Positions 32,912 to 40,911 of a DNA stretch of 56,913 bases are shown piece by piece. The stretch covers positions 1 to 56,913 of the forward strand of contig CAMODY010000001.1 of NCBI GenBank assembly GCA_946611595.1, written 5' to 3'. Below the pieces are notes generated by a model that was given only the letters and a program-made list of their open reading frames with translations, made no database searches and had not been told where the DNA came from. The position numbers and the translations under genes are program-made. Origin of the DNA: an uncultured Clostridia bacterium. GTDB lineage: Bacteria; Bacillota; Clostridia; Lachnospirales; Lachnospiraceae. Position 1 is the first letter of the stretch; each line of letters starts with the position of its first letter.

Positions 32912-34099
32912 TTATTGTTCCAGATATTTTTTCAGTATCTCTGCCTTATCTGTTTTCTCCCAGCTAAGATCAAGATCGTCTCTTCCAAAATGACCGTATG
33001 CTGCTGTCTGCTTATAGATCGGTCTTCTGAGATCTAACATCTTAATGATGCCTGTCGGACGAAGATCAAAGTTTTCACGAATGATCTCAGTCAGTTTTGT
33101 ATTCGGAAGTTTTCCGGTGTCAAAAGTATCGACCATAATAGAGATCGGCTGTGCGACTCCGATCGCATAAGACAGCTGGATCTCGCAGCGGTCTGCAAGA
33201 CCTGCAGCAACCAGGTTCTTTGCAATATAGCGGGCTGCGTAAGCGGCACTTCTGTCAACCTTTGTGCAGTCTTTTCCGCTGAATGATCCGCCGCCGTGAC
33301 GGCCGTATCCGCCATAAGTATCTACGATGATCTTTCTTCCTGTAAGACCGGAATCACCATTTGGTCCGCCAACAATAAACTGTCCGGTCGGATTGATATA
33401 ATACTTCGTATTTTCATCCACCATATCCCTAGGAAGAACACAATCAAAGAGCTTTTCTCTGATATCTTTTCTAAGCTGTTCCTGGGATACTTCTGCTGTA
33501 TGCTGGGTTGAGCATACAACTGCATCGATACGGAGCGGTTTGCCATCTTCCCCGTACTCAACAGAAACCTGTGCCTTTCCATCAGGTCTTAAATACGGAA
33601 GCTCACCACTCTTACGAAGTTCGGCAAGTTTACGTGTCAGTTTATGTGCCATGCTGATCGCATAAGGCATGAGTTCCTCGGTCTCGTTTGCCGCAAAACC
33701 AAACATCATACCCTGATCGCCGGCGCCGTTATCCTCATCATCTGAACTATCTCCTTCTTTTGCTTCTAAAGAGCGGTCTACGCCCATCGCAATATCAGGA
33801 GACTGCTTATCCAGTCTGATAATCACATCGCAGGTATCTGCGTCAAATCCGATCGTTTCATCGGTATAGCCGATTTCACGGATCACGTCACGCACGATCT
33901 TTTCATAATCAACTTCGGCCTTTGTTGTTACTTCTCCCATAACGAGAACAAAGTTTGTCGTTACACAAGTCTCACAAGCCACGCGGGAATACGCATCCTG
34001 TGCCATAAGAGCATCAAGGATCGCATCTGAAACCTGATCGCAAATCTTATCCGGATGACCTTCTGTCACCGATTCGGATGTAAATAATCTTTTTTCCAT
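32912..34099 (-). CDS. metK: S-adenosylmethionine synthase
   Basis: I prefer the ATG at 34099 ([22 protein letters not shown]). The track start at 34111 is a TTG that is itself part of the SD (ttGGAGGcaaaaATG). It has the GAGDQG and GGGSFSGKD motifs. Confidence 0.95.
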   Translation of the reverse strand: MEKRLFTSESVTEGHPDKICDQVSDAILDALMAQDAYSRVACETCVTTNFVLVMGEVTTKAEVDYEKIVRDVIREIGYTDETIGFDADTCDVIIRLDKQSPDIAMGVDRSLEAKEGDSSDDEDNGAGDQGMMFGFAANETEELMPYAISMAHKLTRKLAELRKSGELPYLRPDGKAQVSVEYGEDGKPLRIDAVVCSTQHTAEVSQEQLRKDIREKLFDCVLPRDMVDENTKYYINPTGQFIVGGPNGDSGLTGRKIIVDTYGGYGRHGGGSFSGKDCTKVDRSAAYAARYIAKNLVAAGLADRCEIQLSYAIGVAQPISIMVDTFDTGKLPNTKLTEIIRENFDLRPTGIIKMLDLRRPIYKQTAAYGHFGRDDLDLSWEKTDKAEILKKYLEQ

Positions 34100-34120
34100 T
34101 TTTGCCTCCAAACTTGTTAT

Positions 34121-34148
34121 TAAAAAGATCCGCCATAGCAGCGGATCT
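34121..34148 (-). terminator. Intrinsic-terminator-like hairpin between murA and metK
   Basis: The stem is agatccgc (34126-34133) / gcggatct (34141-34148) with a 7-nt loop. On the minus strand it is followed by TTTTA (complement of 34121-34125), only about 12 nt before the metK SD. Confidence 0.55.
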
Positions 34149-34153
34149 AAGCT

Positions 34154-35440
34154 TTAACCTATTTTTTCCGTGCGCATCTCTTCATCATAATCTTCTTTTA
34201 CGATGTCTGCCCCAAGGCCCCTGAGTTTTTCATCAAATGCTTCATATCCTCTTTGGATATATTTGATGTCATCGATGATCGTGGTTCCTTCTGCTCTCAT
34301 GCCCGCAAGCACTAAAGCAGCTCCGGCTCTTAAGTCGGGGGCGCTGACTCTTGCACCGGTCAGTGTTTTAACACCGGATATGATTGCGGTGTTTCCTTCA
34401 ACTTTAATTTTAGCTCCCATACGTGCAAGTTCTGCAACATACTTGAAGCGGTTTTCAAAAATACTTTCCGTTACCGTAGAACTACCTTTTGCAAGCGCAA
34501 GTGCTGTCGTAATCTGCGGCTGCATATCTGTCGGGAAGCCCGGATACGGAAGCGTTTTAACCTGCGTTGCCTTAAGCGTTCCTAAAGCACGTACAGTAAC
34601 AGCCTCATCATATTCGATCACATCACAGCCGATCTCAACCAGCTTAGATGTAATAGACTCTAAATGTTTCGGGATGACGTTTGCAACAGTGATCTCTCCG
34701 CCTGTAACTGCTGCGGCAAACATAAAGGTACCTGCCTCGATCTGATCAGGAATTACCGTATATTCCGTTTTATGCAGTCTTGGAACACCTTTGATTCTGA
34801 TAACATCAGTTCCCGCTCCACGGATATTTGCGCCCATGGAGTTCAGCATATTTGCAAGATCAACAACATGCGGTTCTTTCGCCGGGTTTTCAATTACTGT
34901 ATTGCCTTCTGCCATAGCTGCTGCAAGCATGATGTTGATCGTTGCTCCAACCGTTACTACGTCAAAGTAAATATGGTTTCCGCGAAGTTTCTCTGCCTTA
35001 GCTTTGATCTGGCCATTCGTAAGAGAGACCTTTGCGCCCAGCGCTTCAAAGCCCTTAATGTGCTGGTCGATCGGACGGGCTCCAATCACGCAGCCGCCCG
35101 GCATAGCAACTTCCGCTTCATGAAAACGCCCAAGAAGAGCGCCAAGCAAATAATAGGACGCTCTGATCTTGCTGATATAATCATAATTCACCTGATGGGA
35201 ATTAACAGTTGCGCCGACAATGCGCACCTGATGCCGACTGAGCCGTTCAACACCAGCGCCAATTTGAGAAATGGCTTCTAAAAGAACGTTGATATCACTC
35301 ACGTCGGGCAGATTATTTATGATGACCGGCTCTTCTGTCAGGATCGCTGCTGCGATCAATGCAAGGGCCGCATTTTTTGCTCCGTATATCGGGACAACAC
35401 CTTTTAAGGCTTTGCCCCCTTTAATTACATATCTTTCCAT
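34154..35440 (-). CDS. murA: UDP-N-acetylglucosamine 1-carboxyvinyltransferase
   Basis: The start is set at the ATG at 35440 (MERYVIKGGKALKGVVPIYGAKNAAL) with SD GAGG. It has the catalytic Cys loop (PGGCVIGARPID). The track start at 35473 sits 2 nt downstream of a TATAAT box. Confidence 0.95.
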   Translation of the reverse strand: MERYVIKGGKALKGVVPIYGAKNAALALIAAAILTEEPVIINNLPDVSDINVLLEAISQIGAGVERLSRHQVRIVGATVNSHQVNYDYISKIRASYYLLGALLGRFHEAEVAMPGGCVIGARPIDQHIKGFEALGAKVSLTNGQIKAKAEKLRGNHIYFDVVTVGATINIMLAAAMAEGNTVIENPAKEPHVVDLANMLNSMGANIRGAGTDVIRIKGVPRLHKTEYTVIPDQIEAGTFMFAAAVTGGEITVANVIPKHLESITSKLVEIGCDVIEYDEAVTVRALGTLKATQVKTLPYPGFPTDMQPQITTALALAKGSSTVTESIFENRFKYVAELARMGAKIKVEGNTAIISGVKTLTGARVSAPDLRAGAALVLAGMRAEGTTIIDDIKYIQRGYEAFDEKLRGLGADIVKEDYDEEMRTEKIG

Positions 35441-35475
35441 GGAAGACCTCAATATATAGATTGTCTCAACCATGG

Positions 35476-35504
35476 ATTATACCTATATTTAGTAGTTTTG
35501 TAAA
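35476..35504 (-). promoter_or_regulatory. Candidate murA promoter TTTACA-N17-TATAAT
   Basis: The reverse complement of 35499-35504 is TTTACA and of 35476-35481 is TATAAT. The site is in the 35474-35525 gap after the M23 gene. Confidence 0.55.
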
Positions 35505-35525
35505 GCAACAATCGTCAGTTTCCGA

Positions 35526-36905
35526 TCACTCACCAGGATAATAATCCAGACCCTCTCCCGGGAGGTAAACAAACGGGTCAATTGCAACATTATCCTCAAT
35601 AATCTCAAAGTGACAATGGTTTCCGGTAGAGTTTCCGGTACTTCCCGCATAGCCGATCACCTGGTAGCGTTCTACATGATCACCTACTGAGCATGCAAGC
35701 TCACTCATGTGGGCATATCTCGTCTCGAGATGATCATCATGACGAATCAGAACCTGGATTCCATAACCGTCTCCACTGTCTTCTGCCTTCTCGATCGTTC
35801 CCGGACAACTTGCATAGATTGGCTCGCCATAGGAGCATGCATAGTCGTTTCCTCTGTGAAGCGAACCCCAACGGTATCCAAATCCGGAAGATAAGAAGCA
35901 ATTATCCAGCGGTACAACAAAGGTCGGAGGCGGCATCGTTCCGGAACGGACGATCTGAGCAACCGGCTCCTCATAAACCGTCTGGGAAAGAATTTCTCTT
36001 TCGCTTTCTTCACCATTTATGTTTATGATCCTTGCCGTAACATTTCTGCTTCCGGCGACCGCTTCTCTTTCCGTAGAGTTTTGGCCCTCATACATTGAAT
36101 CGTCATAGATGTACTCAACCGGAGCGTAGTATTCCTCGTCATAGGTTGCCACTGTTGCAGTTACAACACCTAAAGCACTGCCGTTTTCAAGCGCTTCATT
36201 CACTGCAGCATCTCCCTTCAGCACGGCTGAAGAATCTGTATAGACAGAACGTATTTCCAATGTGTCTACAAAACCAACGGAATCTAAAAGGTGCAGTTCA
36301 TTTGACGCAGCTGTTTTGGTAATTCCTTCCTGGCTCATCTTTTCTTCAATCCTCTGCTCCATCAGCAAAGAGTCGTAGAACTCGTAGGTCATTCCCGTAA
36401 AGCTTCCGTCTTTTTGGGTATTCAAACGTACATCATATTCATCTTCCGTATCATACTGATTTAAAAGAGTCTGAAGCACCCTGTTTGCAGTTGACTGAGA
36501 ATCCACAGTCAGAGAATATGTACCGGAACTCAACATGATTGCCTGTACATAATTCAGGTTTGTATACTCTTTTAACTTTGTATAAATCGTATCTGTAAGC
36601 TCTTCTGCCGGATCTGTTTTGGCAAAAGCTCTTTTTTCTTTGTCGATCGTAAATTTAGAATCCACGTAAACAATGGATTCGGCCTCTTTGCTAAGCCTGA
36701 TACGGGCATCAGCAAGAGCCTGTTCTGCAGCCTCTTTGTTATTAGATGTTCCGACAGCTTCCCCGTCGATCTTTACGATATAGTAATCCAAACCGGATGC
36801 AAAGCTGCTGGTATTAAAGAGGAACAACAAAAGAAAACAGCATAAAAATGCCGCTGCTGCATAGGTTAATTTGATTCTTTTATGATATCTGGTCAGTTTT
36901 TTCAT
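35526..36905 (-). CDS. M23-family peptidoglycan metalloendopeptidase, membrane-anchored
   Basis: 459 aa with an N-terminal TM. The C-terminal LytM domain has HRGNDYA ... GYGIQVLIRHDD ... YAHMSE ... GSTGNSTGNHCHFEI. Confidence 0.85.
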   Translation of the reverse strand: MKKLTRYHKRIKLTYAAAAFLCCFLLLFLFNTSSFASGLDYYIVKIDGEAVGTSNNKEAAEQALADARIRLSKEAESIVYVDSKFTIDKEKRAFAKTDPAEELTDTIYTKLKEYTNLNYVQAIMLSSGTYSLTVDSQSTANRVLQTLLNQYDTEDEYDVRLNTQKDGSFTGMTYEFYDSLLMEQRIEEKMSQEGITKTAASNELHLLDSVGFVDTLEIRSVYTDSSAVLKGDAAVNEALENGSALGVVTATVATYDEEYYAPVEYIYDDSMYEGQNSTEREAVAGSRNVTARIININGEESEREILSQTVYEEPVAQIVRSGTMPPPTFVVPLDNCFLSSGFGYRWGSLHRGNDYACSYGEPIYASCPGTIEKAEDSGDGYGIQVLIRHDDHLETRYAHMSELACSVGDHVERYQVIGYAGSTGNSTGNHCHFEIIEDNVAIDPFVYLPGEGLDYYPGE

Positions 36906-37028
36906 TTATGTTTTGTAAACTTTCTGTAACAATTATGTAACATTTTAACAGGATATCGTTTTCCTGTAAAGGGCGATTTTAGACATAAGCGGTGAATATT
37001 TTGTGACCTCGTTCACTCGGAAAGATGA

Positions 37029-37057
37029 TTGAAGCAAAAGCAACATTATTATATAAT
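37029..37057 (+). promoter_or_regulatory. Candidate promoter TTGAAG-N17-TATAAT for the 656-aa membrane protein
   Basis: TTGAAG lies at 37029-37034 and TATAAT at 37052-37057, 14 nt before the GTG at 37072. Confidence 0.5.
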
Positions 37058-37071
37058 AAGTCCAAATTTGG

Positions 37072-39042
37072 GTGGCCGCTTTGTTAGAATTTATATGGGA
37101 TGATCTGGTCTGGGTTCTTCCTGCATTTCTCTTTGTTCTGTGCTATCTGACGGGAGATCTGGTCCAGATGCTGTTTCAAGTCCATAAAGGTATTTGTATC
37201 AAAGTCCTCACAGGCTTTGTTATTTTATTGTGCCTTTTCCATGTGACAAGTCTCCCCTTCATGTATAATGACTGGCCATTTACAACTCTTTACAATCTGT
37301 TCCTTTGCGATCTGATCGCGATCATCATCGCCTACTGCATTCTCTCATTCATAAAACGCAGAGTTCCTCTTCAGGATGATCTGGACGGATTACGGATCGC
37401 CTTTAAGGATATCCTTCAAAAACGCTGGTGGCACCTGATCCTTTGGGTGATCGCAATTTGTTTAATCATATGGCATATCTCCATGGTGATCCTTCACGTT
37501 GGGCCTAATGTTGATGATAACTTCTATGTTTCTGAAAGCGTTACCATCCTTTCACGCAACCGATTAATGAATGTCCTTCCTGCCTGCGGAATCGAAGGCA
37601 GCATTTTCCCTGCGACATATATACTGGTCAGCTGGGAAACGTTTATTGCAGCGATATCAAAGCTCTTTATTGTAAGCCCTGCTGTGCTTTGCCACAGCAT
37701 CCTTCCGGCATTTCTTTTGCCGCTTCACTATATGGCCTACTATGCAGCTGCCCGGGAAATTTCGAAAAGAAAGACTGCTCTATTCCTTCTTTTTGTTCTG
37801 CTATTAAATTTTACATGCGGACCTTCCACCTACGACCAGGGAGCATTTTTAACGCTCCGTATCTGGCAAGGAAAAGCAGTCCTTGTGAACATCCTTCTGC
37901 CGCTGCTCCTTTATGAATTTCTTCGAATCACAAAGGCAAAGAAACTTTCCATCAGGAATATTTTCTTCCTGTTTGCCCTGCTGCTGGCAAGTCAGGCTGC
38001 AACCACTGTCGGTACCTATCTAGCGCCGGTCCTTTATGCAGTGTATGCGATCACTTTCCTGATCATAAACCGAAAATGGAAAGAGTTTTTCAAGCTCCTG
38101 ATTCCTGCTGCAGGCATCACACCATTTGTATTATGGAAGCTCTGGATTCTTTTATCAGCCGGAACGCTTGGAGACTTAAGCGAAGGAACCGGCGTTTTTG
38201 AGCGTTCCTTCGGGGAACTTCTCATGCGGTACTTCGGCTTCAGCCTTGTGCCTCTCCTCTTTATCATTGCGATCATCCTTCTGGCTGTCAGGATCCGTAA
38301 AGGACCGCAAAAGCCTTTGCGTTTCTTCTTCCTGATTGCCTCTTTACTAATGATCGTTTTACTTATCAATCCACTCGTTATGCCATTTGCAGAGCGCTTT
38401 ATTACAGGCTCCGGCGTTTACTGGCGGGTATTCTGGCTTTTGCAGATCACCTTTGTAACGGCAATTGGCTTTTGTTATCTCACAGATATTCCGAAGAAAA
38501 AGCTGCTAAGGCTGTCTGTTCTTCTTTTCCTTTCCGTTGCGATTCTAATCTCGGGCCGCAGTATTTTTAAAGATGAAGACGTAGCAGAAAGCTTTAAGAA
38601 TCACTCCAAAATATCAGAGACCACGCGCAAGATCGTTTATACGGTTCGCTCCGAAGTAGAACGCGACAACCCGGAGCTTTCGGATGATATGCTTGCAAAA
38701 AAAGAACAGGAAACTGTCTTGCTGCTTCCAAGGAGCCTTTCGATCGAGCTTCGTCAATATGCCGATATCTCACTGATTTACTATCCGTATTACTCAAACA
38801 ACTACTATGCATATCAGACAGATGAAGAGTTCGAACTGCTTAAAGCAACCTATGACCTTCTCTATCGTAAAAAGACCTGGGATAAAAATGAGCTTTATAA
38901 TTCCGTGACGACCCTGGGCATTGATTATGTTGCGATCGGAACCAATACTGCAGCAGAGAACGAAAAAAATATTCCGTTCTGGTTTGAAGCGGTATTCCGA
39001 GGAAAACGATATACTCTTTATAAAACAAACGGTGGACATTAA
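37072..39042 (+). CDS. Large polytopic membrane protein (about 13 TM plus C-terminal soluble domain), possible GT-C-fold glycosyltransferase
   Basis: 656 aa. The start is uncertain: either the GTG at 37072 with no SD, or the ATG at 37168 with GGAG 11 nt upstream. An acidic loop motif (GPNVDDNFYVSES) follows an early TM. The last roughly 150 aa are hydrophilic. Confidence 0.6.
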   Translation: MAALLEFIWDDLVWVLPAFLFVLCYLTGDLVQMLFQVHKGICIKVLTGFVILLCLFHVTSLPFMYNDWPFTTLYNLFLCDLIAIIIAYCILSFIKRRVPLQDDLDGLRIAFKDILQKRWWHLILWVIAICLIIWHISMVILHVGPNVDDNFYVSESVTILSRNRLMNVLPACGIEGSIFPATYILVSWETFIAAISKLFIVSPAVLCHSILPAFLLPLHYMAYYAAAREISKRKTALFLLFVLLLNFTCGPSTYDQGAFLTLRIWQGKAVLVNILLPLLLYEFLRITKAKKLSIRNIFFLFALLLASQAATTVGTYLAPVLYAVYAITFLIINRKWKEFFKLLIPAAGITPFVLWKLWILLSAGTLGDLSEGTGVFERSFGELLMRYFGFSLVPLLFIIAIILLAVRIRKGPQKPLRFFFLIASLLMIVLLINPLVMPFAERFITGSGVYWRVFWLLQITFVTAIGFCYLTDIPKKKLLRLSVLLFLSVAILISGRSIFKDEDVAESFKNHSKISETTRKIVYTVRSEVERDNPELSDDMLAKKEQETVLLLPRSLSIELRQYADISLIYYPYYSNNYYAYQTDEEFELLKATYDLLYRKKTWDKNELYNSVTTLGIDYVAIGTNTAAENEKNIPFWFEAVFRGKRYTLYKTNGGH

Positions 39043-39060
39043 GTCCACCGTTAATCTTTT
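39028..39060 (+). terminator. Rho-independent terminator overlapping the stop codon of the 656-aa gene
   Basis: The stem is aacggtggac (39028-39037) / gtccaccgtt (39043-39052) with loop attaa, followed by aatctttt. Confidence 0.6.
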
Positions 39061-39120
39061 ATAGCATTAATTCTTTTGTGCTTTTTTCAGAGAATCAATT
39101 GCACGATACCAGCTGTTTTA

Positions 39121-39882
39121 TCAGCCTACAACATCGCTCATGCTGTAAAGCGCTGCTTCTTTTCCGTGAAGGAAAAGCGCTGCATTCAATGCTCCGTTTG
39201 CAAAGACAGCTCTTGAAAGTGCGGTATGTTTGATCTCGATGATCTCATCTGTTCCTGCAAAGATCACTTCATGCTCTCCTACGATTGTGCCGCCACGAAC
39301 TGCGCTGATTCCGATCTCATCGTGCGGACGCTCCATACGGCGCTCTGTACGGTTATAAACATATTCCATGTCTTTACCAATACCTTCTGCTACAGCATCT
39401 GCAAGCATGTTTGCGGTTCCGCTCGGAGCATCCAGTTTATGTTTGTGATGCTTTTCAACGATATCCGTATCGAATCCTGCATCATATAAAGTCTTGCTGA
39501 TATCTTTTAATACTTTGATCAATGTATTGATACCCAAAGACATATTTCCGGAACGAAGGACCGGAACTTCTTTTGAAAGCTCTTTAATTGCCTGGATCTG
39601 CTCATCGCTTAATCCTGTTGTGCAGATGACTGCCGCAATCTTCTTTTCTTTTGCATAAGCGATCAGTCCGTCTACAGCAGAGGCAGTTGAAATATCAATG
39701 ATCACATCTGCTTCTTCCTTGACCTCAGCAAGGCTCTCATAGATCGGATAAGATTTTCCGCCTGCTTCTGTATCAGCTCTGTCAACACCGGCTACCACCT
39801 GAATATCGTCATAATCTGCAGCCAGGGAAGATACCATATTTCCCATTCTTCCATTACATCCATGGATCAATACTCTTGTCAT
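39121..39882 (-). CDS. dapB: 4-hydroxy-tetrahydrodipicolinate reductase
   Basis: 253 aa with MTRVLIHGCNGRMGNMV (GxxGxxG) and the EKHHKHKLDAPSGTA substrate loop. Confidence 0.9.
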   Translation of the reverse strand: MTRVLIHGCNGRMGNMVSSLAADYDDIQVVAGVDRADTEAGGKSYPIYESLAEVKEEADVIIDISTASAVDGLIAYAKEKKIAAVICTTGLSDEQIQAIKELSKEVPVLRSGNMSLGINTLIKVLKDISKTLYDAGFDTDIVEKHHKHKLDAPSGTANMLADAVAEGIGKDMEYVYNRTERRMERPHDEIGISAVRGGTIVGEHEVIFAGTDEIIEIKHTALSRAVFANGALNAALFLHGKEAALYSMSDVVG

Positions 39883-39910
39883 TTTTTCACCTCATTATTG
39901 CTTGTAATAA

Positions 39911-39938
39911 TTCACGCTGACATGAAAGCCAGCGTGAA
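39911..39938. other. Hairpin between dapA and dapB
   Basis: The stem is ttcacgctg (39911-39919) / cagcgtgaa (39930-39938). The T-run is on the plus-strand side, with only TTATTA on the minus-strand side, so terminator function for dapA is doubtful. Confidence 0.35.
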
Positions 39939-39954
39939 AAGTTTTTAGTCTAAC

Positions 39955-40854
39955 TTATTTTACTAATTTGATTCCGAAATCTGTCAGAGCCTTGCGCAGT
40001 CTTTCAAGATTTGCCGGCTCCATTTCGCAAAGCGGGCTTCTCAGCGGGCCTGCTTCCATGCCCATCAGGTTCATAGCGGTCTTAACCGGGATCGGGTTAA
40101 CCTCGCAGAACAGTGCGTTGATCAGATCGATCGCATCAAGCTGCATCTTTGTACAGGTTGCCGGATCTCCGTTTAAATATGCCATGACCATATCATGGGT
40201 GTATTTCGGAGCAATGTTTCCAAGAACGGAGATAACACCAAGTCCGCCAAGAGACATGATCGGTGCAACCTGATCATCATTTCCGGAATAAATATCAAGG
40301 CATCCGGAATCCTGAGCAAGTGCAGCAAGCTTTGCAACCTGGCTTAAGTTACCACTTGCTTCTTTTACTGCAACAATGTTTTCGCAGTCTTTTGCAAGCT
40401 TTACAGCTGTCTCCGGAAGAAGGTTCACACCGGTTCTGCTCGGAACGTTGTAAAGGATGATCGGAAGGTCTACACCTTTTGCAAGTCTTGTGTAATGCTC
40501 GATCAGACCTTTCTGAGTTGCTTTATTGTAGTACGGAGTAACCATTAACAGACCATCTGCGCCGTTTTTCTGGCAAGTCTTGCTTGTATACTCAGAAGTT
40601 CTTGTATTGTTTGATCCGCATCCCGCAATGATCGGGATTCGTTTCTTTGCAGCCTGAACTGCACAAGCGACAGCTTGCATATGCTCATCCACATCCTGTG
40701 TGGAAGGCTCTCCTGTCGTACCACAAATGATCAGAGCATCGGTGCCGTTGTTGATGTGAAATTCTACATACTCTTCGATCTTTTCAAAGTTGATATCTTC
40801 GTTTTCTTTCATCGGTGTTACCATAGCAACACCTGCTCCTTTAAAAATGGCCAT
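39955..40854 (-). CDS. dapA: 4-hydroxy-tetrahydrodipicolinate synthase
   Basis: 299 aa with GVAMVTPM, GTTGE, YNVPSRTG and the Schiff-base lysine context AVKEASG. SD AGGAGG. Confidence 0.95.
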   Translation of the reverse strand: MAIFKGAGVAMVTPMKENEDINFEKIEEYVEFHINNGTDALIICGTTGEPSTQDVDEHMQAVACAVQAAKKRIPIIAGCGSNNTRTSEYTSKTCQKNGADGLLMVTPYYNKATQKGLIEHYTRLAKGVDLPIILYNVPSRTGVNLLPETAVKLAKDCENIVAVKEASGNLSQVAKLAALAQDSGCLDIYSGNDDQVAPIMSLGGLGVISVLGNIAPKYTHDMVMAYLNGDPATCTKMQLDAIDLINALFCEVNPIPVKTAMNLMGMEAGPLRSPLCEMEPANLERLRKALTDFGIKLVK

Positions 40855-40911
40855 TGTTTCCTCCTAAAATGTAATCACAAATTGATTCATATTATAAACC
40901 CTTAACTGGTT

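Noticed and set aside
39911-39938. The hairpin between dapA and dapB considered as a dapA terminator.
   Set aside because: The T-run follows the stem on the plus strand, where no gene ends. On the transcribed minus strand the stem is followed only by TTATTA. I list it as a low-confidence structure rather than a terminator.
40855-40911. Looked for a lysine (L-box) riboswitch upstream of dapA, a T-box upstream of valS/proS and an S-box upstream of metK.
   Set aside because: The available upstream spacers (57, -17, 24 and 54 nt) are too short to hold these 100-250-nt leader RNAs. I report this as absence, not as features.
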